IMG/VR virus record: IMGVR_UViG_3300028601_000024
Length of the DNA stretch: 64,000 bases
Reading direction: 5' to 3' (one strand)
DNA from: an uncultured virus (IMG/VR IMGVR_UViG_3300028601_000024)
Taxonomy: Duplodnaviria; Heunggongvirae; Uroviricota; Caudoviricetes
Positions within the stretch are counted from its first letter, which is position 1; each line of letters starts with the position of its first letter. The notes beneath the pieces were generated by a model that saw only the letters and a list, made by a program, of their open reading frames with translations, ran no database searches and was not told the origin of the DNA. The position numbers and the translations under genes were made by a program. Positions 19,312 through 28,884 of the stretch are shown here, piece after piece.

Positions 19312-21920
19312 TCGAACCCTTCATATCTGAAGTTACTTGGATATCTCTTTTTTATATTGTTTACTAACGTGAATATATTATCAGGAAATAATTTATCATA
19401 TATATCGGGTACCATAAAATGTGCAACAATATCTTGACGCTTATTTTTATTAACCCTTGCGATTCTTCCTAATGTTTGATTAACAGGAATTTTACCAATT
19501 ACCAAACTTCCAAATATTACGCAACTTAACTCACTTTTATCATATCCAGCAGATAAAAATTTAAAATTACTTACCAAAATAGGTAATTCTTTTACTTGAT
19601 CTCTTTCGCTAAGCTCAGGAAGAGTTTGTTTTATAGTTATCTCAGGAAATGAATCAGTTATTAATTTTCGAGTACTTGATGTAACTTGATATTTATCATC
19701 AAATCCTTTTAATAATTTTATTTCAACAACTTTTTTCTTTCTAGGATTTCTTTTAATTGTTTCATCATATATTAGGGTTACGTCATCATATGTAATATAC
19801 TCGATTACCTTTTTACCTTTCTTATCAGTTTTGCCTGTAATTTTTCCAGCGGGTAAGCCAAGTGCAACTAATTTATCATGTAATTTTCCAACCATGGCAT
19901 TAGTAGAAAATAACACAGCAATACTATGTCCTTCGTGATATCTATATTGTACCCATTGAGCTATCCAATCAAAATATTCATCTTTATTAAATAAGATACT
20001 ATTTAACACAGTCATAAACATTGTATAATCACCCATAAAATATTGTAGTTTTTGAATCTCACTTGTGCTTAACACTGTTTGAAAACAATGCATCATAATA
20101 TCAGGAACTAAATTCTGGTGAGTACTTTCATATAATATTCCCCCTGTCATATTCTGAAAAATAAAATCATTAATTCCATTTCGAAAAGGAGTAGCTGTCA
20201 TACTAATAATATTATTAGTTTTAAACATATTAACCGTTAAACTATATCCATCACTAGCTGTTCCAACGTGTGCTTCATCATAGATGACTAATCCAAATAC
20301 TTTATATAATTCTCTTAAACTTTCAATTGTGTATTTTTTAAATTGACTATATAATGATTGAATTTTTGCAATTACAATATCTTTATCGAAATGTCCTTGT
20401 TTTAAAATATGATCTAAATCGCTACCTTGGAGAAGACCGATGTCCTCTTTTTCTAAATTACTAAATTCAACAATACTTCCAATAAATTGTTCATTTAATA
20501 TATCATTTGGAACAATTATTAAGGTCTTCTGTTTTAATATCTCACATGCTTTAATAGCGATTATCGAATTATGTGTAACTGTAAAATCTCTAGTTATATA
20601 TAAATGATCTTTAGCATCTACAGTAATGCATCTAGAATTTTCCTGATAATCTAATAATTCAACATTTACTATTGTTTTTGTATTCTTTTTAGGATTAATA
20701 TTAATTAAAAATTGATACGCCATTTGATCAACACGTTGTTCACCTGATGTAAATTTTGGCTCAAGATTTGTTTGAATTTTATTTGTATATATTCCTAATG
20801 ATTGACATAATTCATATAATTGCCGTATCATTATTTTACTTGAACTATAAATCATTTTACTAAATTTAGTATGTGAGAATGAATCCGTTTCTAAAAAAGC
20901 TTTCAGTAAATCATCTCTAGTATCATGTGTTAAATAATCATCTGGTATAAATTTTTCAACACTTTTCAATCCAGCCAATTTATAAGATATCATAATATCT
21001 CGAATTATATGTGACTTAATGCTATAATTAACACCGTGTTGGTTATATGTTAAATCTGGATCAACTTTTAATAATTCATTTATTAATTTATGAATAGTTG
21101 TTTTGTTATCAGCATAAGTTATTATTGAATTACCAGCAATGTTTAATTGACTTAAATCACCATTTGATAATATGAGTCCCATCGCATAAGAAGAAATTTT
21201 TAATTCGGTTGAGTTATTATATTTGATTGATTCACATAACGGTACTTCATATCGATATTGTTGAAATATATTATGCTTTCCACTTTTAAAATTCTTTAAT
21301 AAAGTACATGTGTCAACAGTTTCCCACCCTTTATTTTTATTTTTTAATTTATTTCTATTTTTTACATACCATAGATGATCAAGCCCACAACGAGTATATG
21401 TTCCATCTTGAAAAGATATTTTATAAACATCTTTTTGACCATGTTCATGAATATGTGTTACTTTTGTAGGTTTTCCATCTTTTCCTACGACATTTGATCC
21501 AATTTTTAATTCACCCATAGTTGTCCAACCATTAGGTGTTAATACTGGCTCGCTATAACATTGTTCTTTTCCAAATCCGGGAGTAGCAACAACTTGTCCA
21601 TATACGGGTAAATTCTGAGAAACTTTATCCTTGATAGTATCAAGTATGATTACTTGTTCATCTCTAGGGGAAATGTTTGTCTCGAATTTTGTAAGAGGAT
21701 ATCCTTGATATGTTTCAATTGGTTCACATAAATGAGAGGTTTGTGTATAAAGCCTTAAGTATTCTTTATTGCGTTCTACAAAAAATTTAGGAAGGATGAC
21801 CTGTTGTCCAATTATTAGAACACCTAGGTCTTTTTCTTCTGGTTTAATATATCCATGAGGTTTCCATATTTCAGGAATTAATTTTATGGTTTCCCACGTA
21901 TTCAAATCTATTGTTCTCAT
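19287..21920 (-). CDS. SF2 (UvsW-like) DExH helicase containing an intein
   Basis: ATPGFGK|S Walker A, YDEAH, MTATPFR, GYD, QTLGRIAR. Confidence 0.88.
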   Translation of the reverse strand: MRTIDLNTWETIKLIPEIWKPHGYIKPEEKDLGVLIIGQQVILPKFFVERNKEYLRLYTQTSHLCEPIETYQGYPLTKFETNISPRDEQVIILDTIKDKVSQNLPVYGQVVATPGFGKEQCYSEPVLTPNGWTTMGELKIGSNVVGKDGKPTKVTHIHEHGQKDVYKISFQDGTYTRCGLDHLWYVKNRNKLKNKNKGWETVDTCTLLKNFKSGKHNIFQQYRYEVPLCESIKYNNSTELKISSYAMGLILSNGDLSQLNIAGNSIITYADNKTTIHKLINELLKVDPDLTYNQHGVNYSIKSHIIRDIMISYKLAGLKSVEKFIPDDYLTHDTRDDLLKAFLETDSFSHTKFSKMIYSSSKIMIRQLYELCQSLGIYTNKIQTNLEPKFTSGEQRVDQMAYQFLININPKKNTKTIVNVELLDYQENSRCITVDAKDHLYITRDFTVTHNSIIAIKACEILKQKTLIIVPNDILNEQFIGSIVEFSNLEKEDIGLLQGSDLDHILKQGHFDKDIVIAKIQSLYSQFKKYTIESLRELYKVFGLVIYDEAHVGTASDGYSLTVNMFKTNNIISMTATPFRNGINDFIFQNMTGGILYESTHQNLVPDIMMHCFQTVLSTSEIQKLQYFMGDYTMFMTVLNSILFNKDEYFDWIAQWVQYRYHEGHSIAVLFSTNAMVGKLHDKLVALGLPAGKITGKTDKKGKKVIEYITYDDVTLIYDETIKRNPRKKKVVEIKLLKGFDDKYQVTSSTRKLITDSFPEITIKQTLPELSERDQVKELPILVSNFKFLSAGYDKSELSCVIFGSLVIGKIPVNQTLGRIARVNKNKRQDIVAHFMVPDIYDKLFPDNIFTLVNNIKKRYPSNFRYEGFDWERKKKK
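20568..21566 (-). mobile_element. 333-aa class-3-type intein with a degenerate LAGLIDADG domain
   Basis: Starts EQCYSEPVLTPNGW; HLW, RCITV and VTHN|S; LILSNGD / LLKAFLETDS / SLGI endonuclease blocks. Confidence 0.9.
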
Positions 21921-21944
21921 AGCATTCCTTTTTTAATACTATAT

Positions 21945-22810
21945 TATTTCTATATTACATTACAATATCACTTAAGATAAATTTAATAATTCATCATTTT
22001 TCACCTATCTTAAGTGATAGTTTTTGTAAAAAAATGAGCAAAATTTTGTAAAGTGGAGGGAGTGGCCCCAAAAACTATCACGAGTGATAGTTTTATTTAA
22101 TATAGAAATAACCCGCGCTTAAACCATATATATTTCATTGCTTTTAGAAATTATTAAATTATTCTTAAATTAATTTATTAATTAATATTTTAATATTAAT
22201 TTCATTAATTAAAATTTTCTGAAAATATTTTTTAAATCTTATAATAATCTGACAGATTTCATCTAATTTTTTATGACCTATCATCAGTGATAGGTCATAA
22301 TCTTAAATATTAAAATTAAATAAAATAATTCAGTAGAAATACAGTTATCAAATTACTCCAATAGTCAATCAAATCATTGACTATTGTAAAATTGGTTATT
22401 TCTATATTAACTACTAATTATCTTATGTGATACTGACATTTTGTGATTAATTTTAATTCTGCAGAAATGACCTATCACCAGTGATAGTTTTTGAAAAAAT
22501 TAATCATATTATGTCAGACTATTATAAGATTGTTAATAATTTAGAATATAATTTAATTGATATGATTAGTTATACAAAATTAGTATCATTCTCAAAATTT
22601 AGAAATACAAAAAATATTTTCTTGAAACATAATGAAATCATTGTGTTTAAGCATACTCTATATTTCTATATTACTTGGAACTATCACTAGTGATAGTTTT
22701 TGGTGCAACCTACTTCACTTTACAAATTTTTACTCATTTTTTCACAAAAACTATCACTTAAGATAGTTTTTTTTCAGTGTATTATTAAAGATATCTTAAG
22801 TGATAATTAG
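21945..22810. repeat. ~850-bp imperfect palindrome with symmetric CTATCAC-NN-GTGATAG sites (candidate origin or segregation locus)
   Basis: Mirror-paired sites at 21966/22792, 22005/22751, 22075/22681 and 22278/22472; central hairpin caatagtcaat/attgactattg at 22359-22386. Confidence 0.85.
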
Positions 22811-22832
22811 CACAAGAAAAATAGAAAAGGAT

Positions 22833-23576
22833 TTAACCTTTTCTATTTTCTAATTCATCATAATGTCCACCAATTATTAATTCTAAATCAGTTGAGGTAT
22901 TACTAGTTGTTCTTGTGATATTTTCACTAATAGCATCTTTAGTGTAACCATAAGAAAAACCTTGACCATTATTTAATTTGTGAGCACTAGTTTTTGTAGT
23001 AATTGCTCGATCTTTTGTATATTTCATATCTATTAATCTTACTGGTTTGAATCCTTCTTTCGTATTCTCACCATAAAGTACTGTTAAAATCGTTTCAATA
23101 TGATGAAGCATGATATTATTGGTACTAAGGATTTGCTGATGTATAGCGAGTATTTGCTTATCTATCTCGCCATTTAAATATTTAACTCTATTCTCAAACA
23201 GTTTATCAACTGTTTTAATATTAGTACTGTTACTTTTAGTAGTAGCACTAAATAGAATATCACCTGGAATATAATTATGTATAATTATTCCTTTATTTAC
23301 TTCATTATCTTCTGGAATAGTTAAATTTATATTAAAAGGTAAATAAATATTTATTTCATCATTAAATTCAGGTATTTCAACAATAATTGATCCTGGGATG
23401 CTTATTACTGTTTCAAGTATTTCATCGTCATCATCTCCACTAACATCTAATAATTCTTCATCATCAATTTTAAAATCATTTTTATTTAATCTAACAACCG
23501 TATTGTATTTGCATATAATTTTATGTTTAGATATTTCAAAATATTTTTCTAATTTCTGACTAGTTGTTAATTTCAA
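22833..23576 (-). CDS. RNA polymerase beta' C-terminal fragment
   Basis: IMLHHIETIL (~INDKHIEVIV); ITTKTSA...GFSYGYTKDAI...LELIIGG (~region H). Confidence 0.7.
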   Translation of the reverse strand: MKLTTSQKLEKYFEISKHKIICKYNTVVRLNKNDFKIDDEELLDVSGDDDDEILETVISIPGSIIVEIPEFNDEINIYLPFNINLTIPEDNEVNKGIIIHNYIPGDILFSATTKSNSTNIKTVDKLFENRVKYLNGEIDKQILAIHQQILSTNNIMLHHIETILTVLYGENTKEGFKPVRLIDMKYTKDRAITTKTSAHKLNNGQGFSYGYTKDAISENITRTTSNTSTDLELIIGGHYDELENRKG

Positions 23577-23779
23577 TTACGTTTCCTTTCGAGGGCTTGT
23601 AATTCCTCTCTATCATAAATAGTTTTAAAATATTGCACTTCTGGGCTACTATTGTCTTCATCAGTTGAGGTAACTATTTTTGATAATTGTTTATCAACTA
23701 CATCACACTGATCCATTTGATTCATACCAATTTCTTTTAATTTTTTTACTAATTTACTTTTATCTATATCATATACCAT
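23573..23779 (-). CDS. Small hypothetical protein
   Basis: AAAGGA RBS, overlaps the next gene. Confidence 0.55.
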   Translation of the reverse strand: MVYDIDKSKLVKKLKEIGMNQMDQCDVVDKQLSKIVTSTDEDNSSPEVQYFKTIYDREELQALERKRN

Positions 23780-23790
23780 AATGTTCCTTT

Positions 23791-24096
23791 TTATTTACTA
23801 TATTCATTTGTTAAACATAGTCCCCAATCTTGAGCAAATAAATCTTCTTGTGTTACTTCCCATACTTGAACTGTATCATTTATACACATATCAATATGTG
23901 GTAAATATTTTATATGATGACCCTCTTCAAAAATTCCTAGAAGAGGTTTCCTATTTACCTTGAACTCACTTCCAGGAACTAAGAATATAAAGCCTTCTTG
24001 GCTTGCGCGCTTAACTCTATTACCTGCTAATATATTACTAAGTGCCCATTGAAATGAGTGATTTGATAGTGTGTCTATATTTCTAGTATCTTTCAT
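23791..24096 (-). CDS. DUF2829 / Tad2-like anti-Thoeris sponge protein
   Basis: FQWAL...G.RVKR...FIFLVPGS...PHIDM...W..TQEDLFAQDW signature. Confidence 0.8.
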   Translation of the reverse strand: MKDTRNIDTLSNHSFQWALSNILAGNRVKRASQEGFIFLVPGSEFKVNRKPLLGIFEEGHHIKYLPHIDMCINDTVQVWEVTQEDLFAQDWGLCLTNEYSK

Positions 24097-24152
24097 ATTA
24101 TTCCTTTAATTTTTAATTTGTACTTTGTTAAGATGTGTAAGGAAAATACTAA

Positions 24153-24292
24153 TATTTCTATATTACTTGTTAGAATTATAATAAGTTAGTATAGAAATAA
24201 TAATATTAGTAAAGGATATGAATTGGTCATATTCGAGAGTCGTAAAGACTAACAACAACAGGAATTCAACCTGTAATTTTTAAAGGATTATT
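24153..24292 (+). promoter_or_regulatory. Repeated promoter + structured leader cassette, copy 1
   Basis: Near-identical to 36248-36397 and 37627-37782; contains TATTTCTATATTAC. Confidence 0.8.
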
Positions 24293-24469
24293 ATGGAAAT
24301 TAAATACATTTGCACTATGTGTAACACTGAATTTGTAACGAAATTAGAGGAAACAGACGGATCATTCGACATTATAGTCGAATGCAAATGCGGTTGTTGC
24401 GAAGTCGAACCAATGGTTGACTTCGATGAATTAGATGAGATATTAAAAGAATTAGAGACTAGTCTCTAA
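24293..24469 (+). CDS. 58-aa acidic zinc-ribbon mini-protein (not in the ORF track)
   Basis: AAAGGA RBS; MEIKYICTMCNTEF...ECKCGCCEVEPMVDFDELDEILKELETSL; palindromic terminator at its end. Confidence 0.75.
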   Translation: MEIKYICTMCNTEFVTKLEETDGSFDIIVECKCGCCEVEPMVDFDELDEILKELETSL

Positions 24470-24501
24470 TTCTTTTATTTAGAAAGGAAAATTAGGGAAA
24501 T

Positions 24502-24536
24502 AAAAAATATCCTAGACTAAGTCTAGGATATTTTTT
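24502..24536. terminator. Bidirectional terminator
   Basis: aaaaaatatcctagact-a-agtctaggatatttttt between convergent genes. Confidence 0.75.
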
Positions 24537-24544
24537 ATTGTTCA

Positions 24545-25039
24545 CTATTTTAATTTTGTTGCATCATCCTTCTTTTCCTTATCTTCCTTTTTATTATCCT
24601 CTAACCAATCCTCATTTAAAGGAGAAACATCTTGTTTAATAATTCTTAATGTTTCTCCTATAAAATCTTTACCTTGATCAACATAATCAAAATCTTTACA
24701 ATCATAGCATAGGGTGATATGAGGAACATATTTATCATAATCATAACTGGCTCCTGCTTTTAGTGCTAGTTTATGCTGTTTTTCACAAATTTTGCATTCT
24801 AATTCAACATGTAAATTTTTACCATTTGGTGTATCAAAATGTCCAAATTTTTTAATATGAACTATCTTATCTAATGTTTTCTCATGTTTTGAAAAATCAA
24901 TCGGTGCTTTACTGTATACAATTGTACAATGAAAATCATCTTCGAAGTCTTTAGACAATCCAAAATGTTTTAAAATTTTTAATAATTTCTTTTCACTTGT
25001 TTTACAAAATTTAAAATCACTATAGGTTGGCTGTTTCAT
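24545..25039 (-). CDS. 2H phosphoesterase, T4 gp57B/Acb1-like (anti-CBASS)
   Basis: FHCTIVYSK and GASYDYDKYVPHITLCYD, two HxT motifs. Confidence 0.8.
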   Translation of the reverse strand: MKQPTYSDFKFCKTSEKKLLKILKHFGLSKDFEDDFHCTIVYSKAPIDFSKHEKTLDKIVHIKKFGHFDTPNGKNLHVELECKICEKQHKLALKAGASYDYDKYVPHITLCYDCKDFDYVDQGKDFIGETLRIIKQDVSPLNEDWLEDNKKEDKEKKDDATKLK

Positions 25040-25057
25040 AATTTTCCTTTATTTATT

Positions 25058-25795
25058 TTATTTATTTTTAAAATGAAGTTTATTTACTTCATTAAGTAAT
25101 TCTTCCAAAATATTATCCATTATACCATGCTCCGGAAATATAGGTAATTTCTTTCTTCGTGGATATAGAATTGGATAATATTTTAGAATTCTATTAAATT
25201 CTATTTTATTAATTGTTTTAATTTGTCCACTATTTAATTTTTCAATATATTCATCTGTTTCTTTTTTATATTGTGTAAATTCTTTAGTAATGTTTCTTGG
25301 ACATCTAGGAAGCTTTTTATTGGGATGTATAAATTTCCAATATTTTTTAATTTTATTATAATCAGCTTTACTCATTTTAGGCATTTTTACTTTTTCTTTA
25401 TAATGTAAAATAGGTAATGGACACAGATCACTATCGTGGAAATCTGCCAAATTTCTTAGTAATTCACTAAATCCGATATCTTTATCTAATCCAAGTCTTT
25501 TATAAAAATTCCAAACCTTTCCTTCAAAGGCGTTGCACCTGAATTCTAAAGCTCCTCGAATAAATCCTAGTTTATTGTCTAATGTTGGTATATCATTTTT
25601 TAATTTATGTTTATGATCTACAACTACGCTTGGACTATCTAATTCAATATGTTTTTTAAGAATTGGACATATTCCATTTTGAATTTTAATCAATTCATTT
25701 TTGATAGGTTTTATGTGACTTTGAGAAGTTAAATAATATCCATCTGGGTGTAATTCACAATTTTCTTCTAAATATTCTTTTAATTGTTGAGACAT
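25058..25795 (-). CDS. Recombination endonuclease VII-like nuclease
   Basis: QNGICPI...VVDHKH...IRGAL...CNAFEGK. Confidence 0.8.
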   Translation of the reverse strand: MSQQLKEYLEENCELHPDGYYLTSQSHIKPIKNELIKIQNGICPILKKHIELDSPSVVVDHKHKLKNDIPTLDNKLGFIRGALEFRCNAFEGKVWNFYKRLGLDKDIGFSELLRNLADFHDSDLCPLPILHYKEKVKMPKMSKADYNKIKKYWKFIHPNKKLPRCPRNITKEFTQYKKETDEYIEKLNSGQIKTINKIEFNRILKYYPILYPRRKKLPIFPEHGIMDNILEELLNEVNKLHFKNK

Positions 25796-25798
25796 AAT

Positions 25799-26062
25799 TT
25801 ATCCTGTACTATCTATAAAATTGATTACACTAGTAGGAATTTTATCTAAAGATTTATATCCTTTGCTTCTTGCTCTATGAGTATATATAAAATATGGTTT
25901 ATCTTTTTCTGATCTCCGTCTTGAAAATCCACAACTAAAGCCCTTCTTTTCTTTTATTCCTTTACAAGGAATATTGTCGAAATATGATTTAGAGGAAGAT
26001 TCTAATATCAATTGTTTATTTAATTTAATAATCATATTATTTCCTTTATTGATTTTAAGCAC
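25799..26062 (-). CDS. Small basic protein with an LILES leader (putative virion protein)
   Basis: KLNKQLILES resembles the 0-2.4 kb leaders; YTHRARSK.Y motif; probable start at the second Met. Confidence 0.55.
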   Translation of the reverse strand: MLKINKGNNMIIKLNKQLILESSSKSYFDNIPCKGIKEKKGFSCGFSRRRSEKDKPYFIYTHRARSKGYKSLDKIPTSVINFIDSTG

Positions 26063-26092
26063 ATGAAAATCTAAGAGAATTACTCTCTTAGA

Positions 26093-26461
26093 TTAGTATA
26101 CAAATCCACCTTGAGGTACATCAGCTGATCTATATTTAGTAGAAACTTTAGTTTCTACAGGTGCAAGTGTTTCTGCTTCTGCAGGTGCAAGTGTTTCTGC
26201 TTCTGTTTCTGTTTCTGCTTCTGCAAGTGTTTCTGCAAGTGTTTCTGCCGGTGCTTCTGCCGGTGCTTCTGTTTCTGCTTCTGTTTCTACTTCTGTTTCT
26301 ACAGGTGCTTCTACTTCTGTTTCTACTTCTACTTCTGTTTCTACAGGTGCTTCTACTTCTGTTTCTACTTCTACTTCTGTTTCTACAGGTGCTTCTACAG
26401 GTGCAAGTGCTTCTGTTTCTACAGTTGCTTCTTCTAATTTAGCTATTTTATTCTTTGCCAT
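26093..26461 (-). CDS. Acidic low-complexity ([12 protein letters not shown]) repeat protein
   Basis: AAGGA RBS, degenerate 6/12/36-bp repeats, hairpin after the stop. Confidence 0.7.
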   Translation of the reverse strand: MAKNKIAKLEEATVETEALAPVEAPVETEVEVETEVEAPVETEVEVETEVEAPVETEVETEAETEAPAEAPAETLAETLAEAETETEAETLAPAEAETLAPVETKVSTKYRSADVPQGGFVY

Positions 26462-26520
26462 AATATTTCCTTTTTTATTTGGGTTTATTTCGAATTTGTT
26501 AAATAATAATTAAAAATAGT

Positions 26521-27648
26521 CTAATCCATTTTTTTAAATTCTTCAATTAAATTAACTTCTTCTTTATCAAGTCCTACCCCAACATGAGATTTTTTAAGAG
26601 TAAGATTCACAAGATTTCCTGTTAATCCAGTACTTGCAATTAATCCAATATTTGCGCCAGAATTTAATTTCGCATCCTTAATATATTTAGGATTGTAACA
26701 CCTATGACATATTCCATCAAGTGATTTACAATATAAAGGACTACGTAATTGAATTGTTTTACCAATCAATTCTTTATTACTTGGTGTAATTTGTTTTTCA
26801 CCCAGAGAAGTTTTATAATATCTTCCCTCTAATGATTTTAATATATCTGAATCCTGTATCTTAAGTTTTAAATAATTAGTTGTTTTACAATCTAAACTTT
26901 TACTCAATTTAATACGTTCAGCAATGGTTGATAGTTTTCTACCAAGAAATCCAGGAGCACTTGTTTCAACCCCTTTAGAATATAATGCTTGTATTGCTTG
27001 ACTTGTTCCATTAAAGAATTGGGTTTGAGTCAAGCCCTCCGCATGAGAATTATCTATAACATCATTTACTTCTCCGAACGAGTTAATGCTAAGTCCTACC
27101 CCAAGTAATAATGATTGAATATGACTGATATTACCTTTTGCTCCACTATTCATTAAATCAGTAATACTTATATTATTCTTATCAAAATATAATTTAACTT
27201 TTTCAGCTAATTTAGTTATATTTTTTTGAAAATTTAAAGCATCCTCGGTAGTCTTTTTACTATCATTATATATTTTAATATATTCATTTTTTTCTTTACG
27301 AAATTCATCTGGGATAATGAGTGCTTCTGGTTGAAAACTAGATGGATTAACACTACTTAGGGTAAACCCCGCTTGCATTAGTAAATAATAGAACCACATG
27401 AACTCAATATCATTACAACTTTCACTTAAAGTATGAATATATTTACTAATATTTTTTTTAGTTAATACACCGGGTAATTTAATTTTAGGATAAAAAATAT
27501 TTTGTTCAAGATTCTTTATAGTTTTTTTCTGAAAGTCTTTACTTTCAGAATCTATTTTTAATTGATCATGAAATGATTGCAACCTACTCATTACCCAAGT
27601 AGGTGGCTTTGCATGTTCAGGATATATAAATGGTTGATTAAAATTCAT
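26521..27648 (-). CDS. RNA polymerase beta' middle fragment (bridge helix + trigger loop)
   Basis: LMNSGAKGN (~MADSGARGS), EGLTQTQFF, TSAPGFLGRKL (~TANSGYLTRRL), RSPLYC..GICHRCY, NLTLKKSH (~QLTMRTFH). Confidence 0.9.
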   Translation of the reverse strand: MNFNQPFIYPEHAKPPTWVMSRLQSFHDQLKIDSESKDFQKKTIKNLEQNIFYPKIKLPGVLTKKNISKYIHTLSESCNDIEFMWFYYLLMQAGFTLSSVNPSSFQPEALIIPDEFRKEKNEYIKIYNDSKKTTEDALNFQKNITKLAEKVKLYFDKNNISITDLMNSGAKGNISHIQSLLLGVGLSINSFGEVNDVIDNSHAEGLTQTQFFNGTSQAIQALYSKGVETSAPGFLGRKLSTIAERIKLSKSLDCKTTNYLKLKIQDSDILKSLEGRYYKTSLGEKQITPSNKELIGKTIQLRSPLYCKSLDGICHRCYNPKYIKDAKLNSGANIGLIASTGLTGNLVNLTLKKSHVGVGLDKEEVNLIEEFKKMD

Positions 27649-27657
27649 AGTATCACT

Positions 27658-28875
27658 TTATTCGTAAATTTTATCCATGCCACGAATAATATATTGTTTC
27701 TCTGATGGATAGTGAATATTTTCACATTCGGTTTCGATACAAGTAAATCTTGTACTAAAGCTATCACCACCTAGAGGCTTATACAATAAACTATTAACGA
27801 CAACATGATAACTATTCGTTGGAATAATAATTGGTTTAAGTGTGTGATAACTTCCTTTATCCCAAGCCGGATCCCTTTTTGTTAGAACTCTTAAATCTTT
27901 ATACACCTCTAACATCTCTTTTAATAACTCAATCCATGTTTCTCTTAATCCTGAGTTATTTAAAGTATATGTATCACTGTTTCTATAAATATAATCGAAG
28001 TGTTCTCCTAATTCATTAATACTAAATGATTTAATTTTTAATAATTCAGCGTAATCTTTTGAAAGATTATTTTTAGTTAAAACACTAATTACATACACAT
28101 CAAATACATTTATTAATACATGCCAAGGTAATCCTATACAGTTAAAAGGAATATCAGGTCTAGCATTTGCAACTAGTCTAACATTATTATCTATTCTTTT
28201 ACTTATTAACTCCCCTCGAAATTTTCCATCTTTCTTTTCAAGTATTGTTATAAAATATTTATATAGCTCAAGAATCATGCGTTGAACAATTGTCGCTTTG
28301 CTACTTTGTTGCATCATTTGATCTAAATAATCCGCATCTAATTGTCCAGCAATTGTTCTAACTAAAAGTTTTTTATAAAGTCCTGTAATTTCATCTTCTT
28401 CAATTAATCCATGTTTCTCAACATAGTTTCTATATATTGTAGGAATTACTAAAAATTTATCAATAAATACATTAGTAGTTTTAAAAAATTCTACAATATC
28501 TTCGACACCTGGTTTTATATATTTATCAAAATCTATCTTTTTAAAATTATGATAAAGCCAATCTACACCTGATTTACCATTGTCATCTTTTACTAATTTA
28601 CCCTCTTCGATAATATAACTTTTTTCATTTAATATACAATATTTAAAATCAGGTGACAATTTTATAATTGCATCAAATGCTGCCGGGTGAATAACATTTG
28701 TGTTTAAAGAAATATATCCAAATCTGGTGCGTTTTTCGTCATTTGTAATTCCAAAAATTCTAGGACTATATAGTCCTGAATTTGTAGGTCCATTTTTATC
28801 AAATGAATTTACTTGTGTTACTTGTAATGCTTTATGTTGATTAATAAATTTATTAATATCTAAAATTTTTAACAT
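27658..28875 (-). CDS. rpoC: RNA polymerase beta' N-terminal fragment fused to a 34-aa split-intein N-part (27661-27762)
   Basis: GLYSPRIFG, VIPTIYR, GKFRGELISKRID, KRDPAW (~NRAPTL); homology ends at YKPLGGD, the first Asp of the catalytic motif. Confidence 0.88.
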   Translation of the reverse strand: MLKILDINKFINQHKALQVTQVNSFDKNGPTNSGLYSPRIFGITNDEKRTRFGYISLNTNVIHPAAFDAIIKLSPDFKYCILNEKSYIIEEGKLVKDDNGKSGVDWLYHNFKKIDFDKYIKPGVEDIVEFFKTTNVFIDKFLVIPTIYRNYVEKHGLIEEDEITGLYKKLLVRTIAGQLDADYLDQMMQQSSKATIVQRMILELYKYFITILEKKDGKFRGELISKRIDNNVRLVANARPDIPFNCIGLPWHVLINVFDVYVISVLTKNNLSKDYAELLKIKSFSINELGEHFDYIYRNSDTYTLNNSGLRETWIELLKEMLEVYKDLRVLTKRDPAWDKGSYHTLKPIIIPTNSYHVVVNSLLYKPLGGDSFSTRFTCIETECENIHYPSEKQYIIRGMDKIYE

Positions 28876-28884
28876 CTTGTTCCT

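Noticed and set aside
21945..22810. tetO or lambda operators; ORF 22481..22690
   Set aside because: Similarity is limited to CTATCA/TGATAG half-sites with different spacing and no TetR/CI gene; the ORF lies within the palindrome and lacks a good RBS
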